Positions 61,545 through 64,000 of a stretch of 64,000 bases of DNA are shown piece by piece; position 1 is the stretch's first letter, and every line of letters starts with the position of its first letter. The DNA is from Acidimicrobiia bacterium (GTDB lineage: Bacteria > Actinomycetota > Acidimicrobiia > Acidimicrobiales > Aldehydirespiratoraceae), in contig JAJEDD010000027.1 in NCBI GenBank assembly GCA_022821685.1, positions 1,403 through 65,402 on the forward strand, given 5' to 3'. A program made the translations under genes and the position numbers. Below the pieces are notes generated by a model. It made no database searches. It had not been told where the DNA came from and saw nothing but the letters and a program-made list of their open reading frames with translations.

Positions 61545-64000
61545 GTCCGTCGGGGCTGACTGAGGATGAGCTGGTTGAGCAGCCTGCGTTGCGGTTGTTG
61601 TCGCAGTTGGGGTGGGAGGTGGCGTCGGGGTTCGAGGAGGTGTTGGGGCCGGCGGGCACGCTGGGTCGTGATTCGCAGTCGGAGCCGGTGCTCGCTCATC
61701 GGCTCGATGAGGCGCTACGTGCTTTGAATCCTGGTCTTTCTGATGCGGTTCTGTCGGAGGCCGTTGAGCAACTGCTTCAGGATCGGTCGGCGATGGATCG
61801 GACGAGGGCTAACCGCGAGGTGTACCGCCTGCTGCGGGAGGGGGCGAGGGTCGAGTCCGTCGGCGGTGATGGGAGCCGTCGGACGGTCACGGTGCGGTTC
61901 GTCAACTGGAACGCGGCGGACGAGAACGACTGGCTGGCGGTTTCGCAGTTCTGGATCGCGGGCGACATGTACAAGCGGCGGGCCGATGTGGTGCTGTTCG
62001 TCAACGGGATCCCGCTGGTGTTCATCGAGTTGAAGGTGTCGCACAAGAACGTCCGTGACGCCTACGACGCCAACCTGAGCGACTACCGCGACACGGTCCC
62101 GCACCTGTTCTGGTCCAATGCGTTCGTCATCCTCTCCAATGGAGCTGACACGCGGGTCGGTTCGACGTTCGCCTCCTGGGGCCACTTCGCGGAGTGGAAG
62201 AAGATCAACTCCGAGGGCGAGCAGGGTGTCGTCTCGCTTGAGACTGCACTGCGGGCGACGTGCGACAGGCATCGACTGCTCGACCTGGTGGAGAACTTCG
62301 TGGCGTTCACCGAACGTCCGGGCGGGCTGGTGAAGGCGTTGGCCAAGAACCACCAGTTCCTCGGGGTGAACAACTCACTGGACGCGCTGCGGGAACTCAA
62401 GCAGCGTGAGGGCCGGCTCGGGGTGTTCTGGCACACCCAGGGGTCGGGCAAGTCGCTGTCGATGCTGTGGTTCACCCAGAAGGTGCTGCGCAAACAGCCC
62501 GGCAACTGGACCTTCGTGCTCGTCACCGACCGCAAGGAACTCGACGAGCAGCTCTACGAGGACTTCACCGACTCCGGGGTGATCACTTCCGGCCAGCAGG
62601 TCCACGCCGATACATCGGCGCATCTGCGGGAGCTGTTGGGTCAGGACCACCGATACGTGTTCACGCTGATCCACAAGTTCATCCCACCCAACAGGGGCCA
62701 GCGGATGCCGGTGCTGTCCGAGCGCGACGACATCGTGGTCATCACCGACGAGGCCCACCGCTCCCAGTACGACACGCTGGCGGCCAACATGCGCCTGGCG
62801 CTGCCCAACGCCTCGTTCCTCGGGTTCACCGGCACACCGCTCATCGTCGGCGAAGAGGAGACCCGCCGGGTGTTCGGCGACTACGTGTCGATCTACAACT
62901 TCCGGGACTCCATCGCCGACGGCGCCACCGTCCCGCTCTACTACGAGAACCGCACACCGGAACTGCAACTCACCAACGAGGACTTCGACGACGAACTCGA
63001 CGACCTCCTGGAGGAGGCGACCCTCGATGATGCCCAGGAGAAGGCGGTGGCGCGCCGCTTCTCCCAGCAGTACGAGCTGATCACCCGACCCCAGCGCCTC
63101 AAGGAGATCGCAGCCGACCTCGTCCATCACTTCGTGAACCGTGGCTTCAGGGGCAAAGCCATGTACGTGGCCATCGACAAGGCCACCGCGGTGCGCATGT
63201 ACGACCTGGTCGATGCTGAGTGGGCGCGCTACCTGACCGAGCTCGAAGCCAAGTTGGCAGACACGCCCGAGTTGGAGCGCCCGCATCTGGAGTCGCTGAT
63301 CGACTTCATGCGCACCACCGACATGGCCGTGGTGGTGTCACAGGCCCAGAACGAGATCGCCGACATGGCCAAAGCCGGTCTCGACATAGCCAAGCACCGC
63401 AAGCGGATCGTCAACGAGGACCTCGACTCCAAGTTCAAGGACCCCGACGATCCGTTCCGGCTCGTGTTCGTCTGCGCCATGTGGCTCACCGGATTCGACT
63501 CGCCGTCGACCTCGACGGTGTACCTCGACAAGCCCATGCGCAACCACCTGCTGATGCAGACCATCGCCCGGGCCAACCGGGTATTCGGTGACAAGGACAA
63601 CGGCCTCATCGTCGACTACGTGGGCGTGTTCCGGAACCTCGAGAGGGCCCTCGCCATCTACGCCGCCGACCGGGCCGGGGCAGATGTCGACTCGCCGATC
63701 CGGCCCAAGGACGACCTCATCGCCGAACTCGAGGCCGCTCTCGCAGAGATCACCGAGTTCTGCGAAGCGAACGATGTCGATCTTCGCGACCTTGAGGCCG
63801 CGCAGGGCTTCGAATTCGTCGCTCTGCAGAAGGCGGCCGTGGAGGCGCTGCTCATCGACGAACAAACCCGCCGCCGGTATGTGTCCCTGGCCCGGCAGGT
63901 CCGCAAGACCTTCAAAGCGCTGCTGCCGGATCCACAGGCGATGGCGGTCACCCACCGCGTCGCTGTGATCCGCTCGATCGCGTCGAAGATCGAATCCTCC
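61541..64000 (+). CDS. hsdR: type I restriction enzyme R subunit (first 820 codons; 3' end beyond right edge)
   Basis: Not in the ORF track because it is open-ended. The GTG start overlaps the hsdS TGA (GTGA). It has the nuclease motif [19 protein letters not shown], Walker [13 protein letters not shown] box ITDEAHRSQ and FTGTP. The frame is stop-free to nt 64000. Confidence 0.9.
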   Translation, partial: MSPSGLTEDELVEQPALRLLSQLGWEVASGFEEVLGPAGTLGRDSQSEPVLAHRLDEALRALNPGLSDAVLSEAVEQLLQDRSAMDRTRANREVYRLLREGARVESVGGDGSRRTVTVRFVNWNAADENDWLAVSQFWIAGDMYKRRADVVLFVNGIPLVFIELKVSHKNVRDAYDANLSDYRDTVPHLFWSNAFVILSNGADTRVGSTFASWGHFAEWKKINSEGEQGVVSLETALRATCDRHRLLDLVENFVAFTERPGGLVKALAKNHQFLGVNNSLDALRELKQREGRLGVFWHTQGSGKSLSMLWFTQKVLRKQPGNWTFVLVTDRKELDEQLYEDFTDSGVITSGQQVHADTSAHLRELLGQDHRYVFTLIHKFIPPNRGQRMPVLSERDDIVVITDEAHRSQYDTLAANMRLALPNASFLGFTGTPLIVGEEETRRVFGDYVSIYNFRDSIADGATVPLYYENRTPELQLTNEDFDDELDDLLEEATLDDAQEKAVARRFSQQYELITRPQRLKEIAADLVHHFVNRGFRGKAMYVAIDKATAVRMYDLVDAEWARYLTELEAKLADTPELERPHLESLIDFMRTTDMAVVVSQAQNEIADMAKAGLDIAKHRKRIVNEDLDSKFKDPDDPFRLVFVCAMWLTGFDSPSTSTVYLDKPMRNHLLMQTIARANRVFGDKDNGLIVDYVGVFRNLERALAIYAADRAGADVDSPIRPKDDLIAELEAALAEITEFCEANDVDLRDLEAAQGFEFVALQKAAVEALLIDEQTRRRYVSLARQVRKTFKALLPDPQAMAVTHRVAVIRSIASKIESS

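Overview
High-GC Actinomycetota-type chromosomal window (spot counts of 60-nt lines give about 68% GC in core genes). WhiB, a PASTA kinase, a DUF222-HNH gene and a mycothiol/DinB-type enzyme support that placement. I call about 60 protein genes; I saw no rRNA, tRNA or CRISPR. All calls come from motif recognition by eye, with no searches run.

Layout:
- 1-1.7 kb: a methylmalonyl-CoA mutase-family gene running off the left edge, then a DinB-like gene.
- 1.8-3.8 kb: a lower-GC type II restriction-modification pair.
- 4-15 kb: acyl-CoA/amidohydrolase metabolism, a VapBC module, whiB, two gene remnants, LigI/LigJ/PrpF-like genes, an aldehyde dehydrogenase and a thiolase.
- 17.3-29.6 kb: an IclR-linked aromatic meta-cleavage cluster. 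It has two tandem extradiol dioxygenases, a Rieske oxygenase and three hydratase/decarboxylase paralogues. It also carries an embedded split PEP-synthase-like phosphotransferase, a histidine phosphatase and two atypical HAD-like proteins.
- 29.6-53.9 kb: the conserved actinobacterial backbone ilvC-ilvN-ilvB ... gatB-gatA-gatC ... ligA ... mnmA-iscS. From memory this matches the order of M. tuberculosis Rv3001c-Rv3025c. It is interrupted by accessory genes: two AAA-ATPase/nuclease paralogues with 4-unit ~23-bp repeat arrays, a MATE pump, a predicted PASTA pseudokinase, an orphan MTase next to an NYN remnant, and a second VapBC.
- 53.9-64 kb: a lower-GC island with DUF433 plus a truncated toxin, ASCH, DUF222-HNH, an unknown 543-aa protein and a type I R-M operon whose hsdR runs off the right edge.

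The most notable non-genic signals are:
- a dispersed ~120-150-bp intergenic repeat family, with at least 9 copies;
- chains of stop/start-overlapping relay mini-ORFs at operon junctions (gatC-gatA-gatB, prpF-like/ligI-like);
- three 4x ~23-24-bp tandem arrays around the ATPase paralogues.
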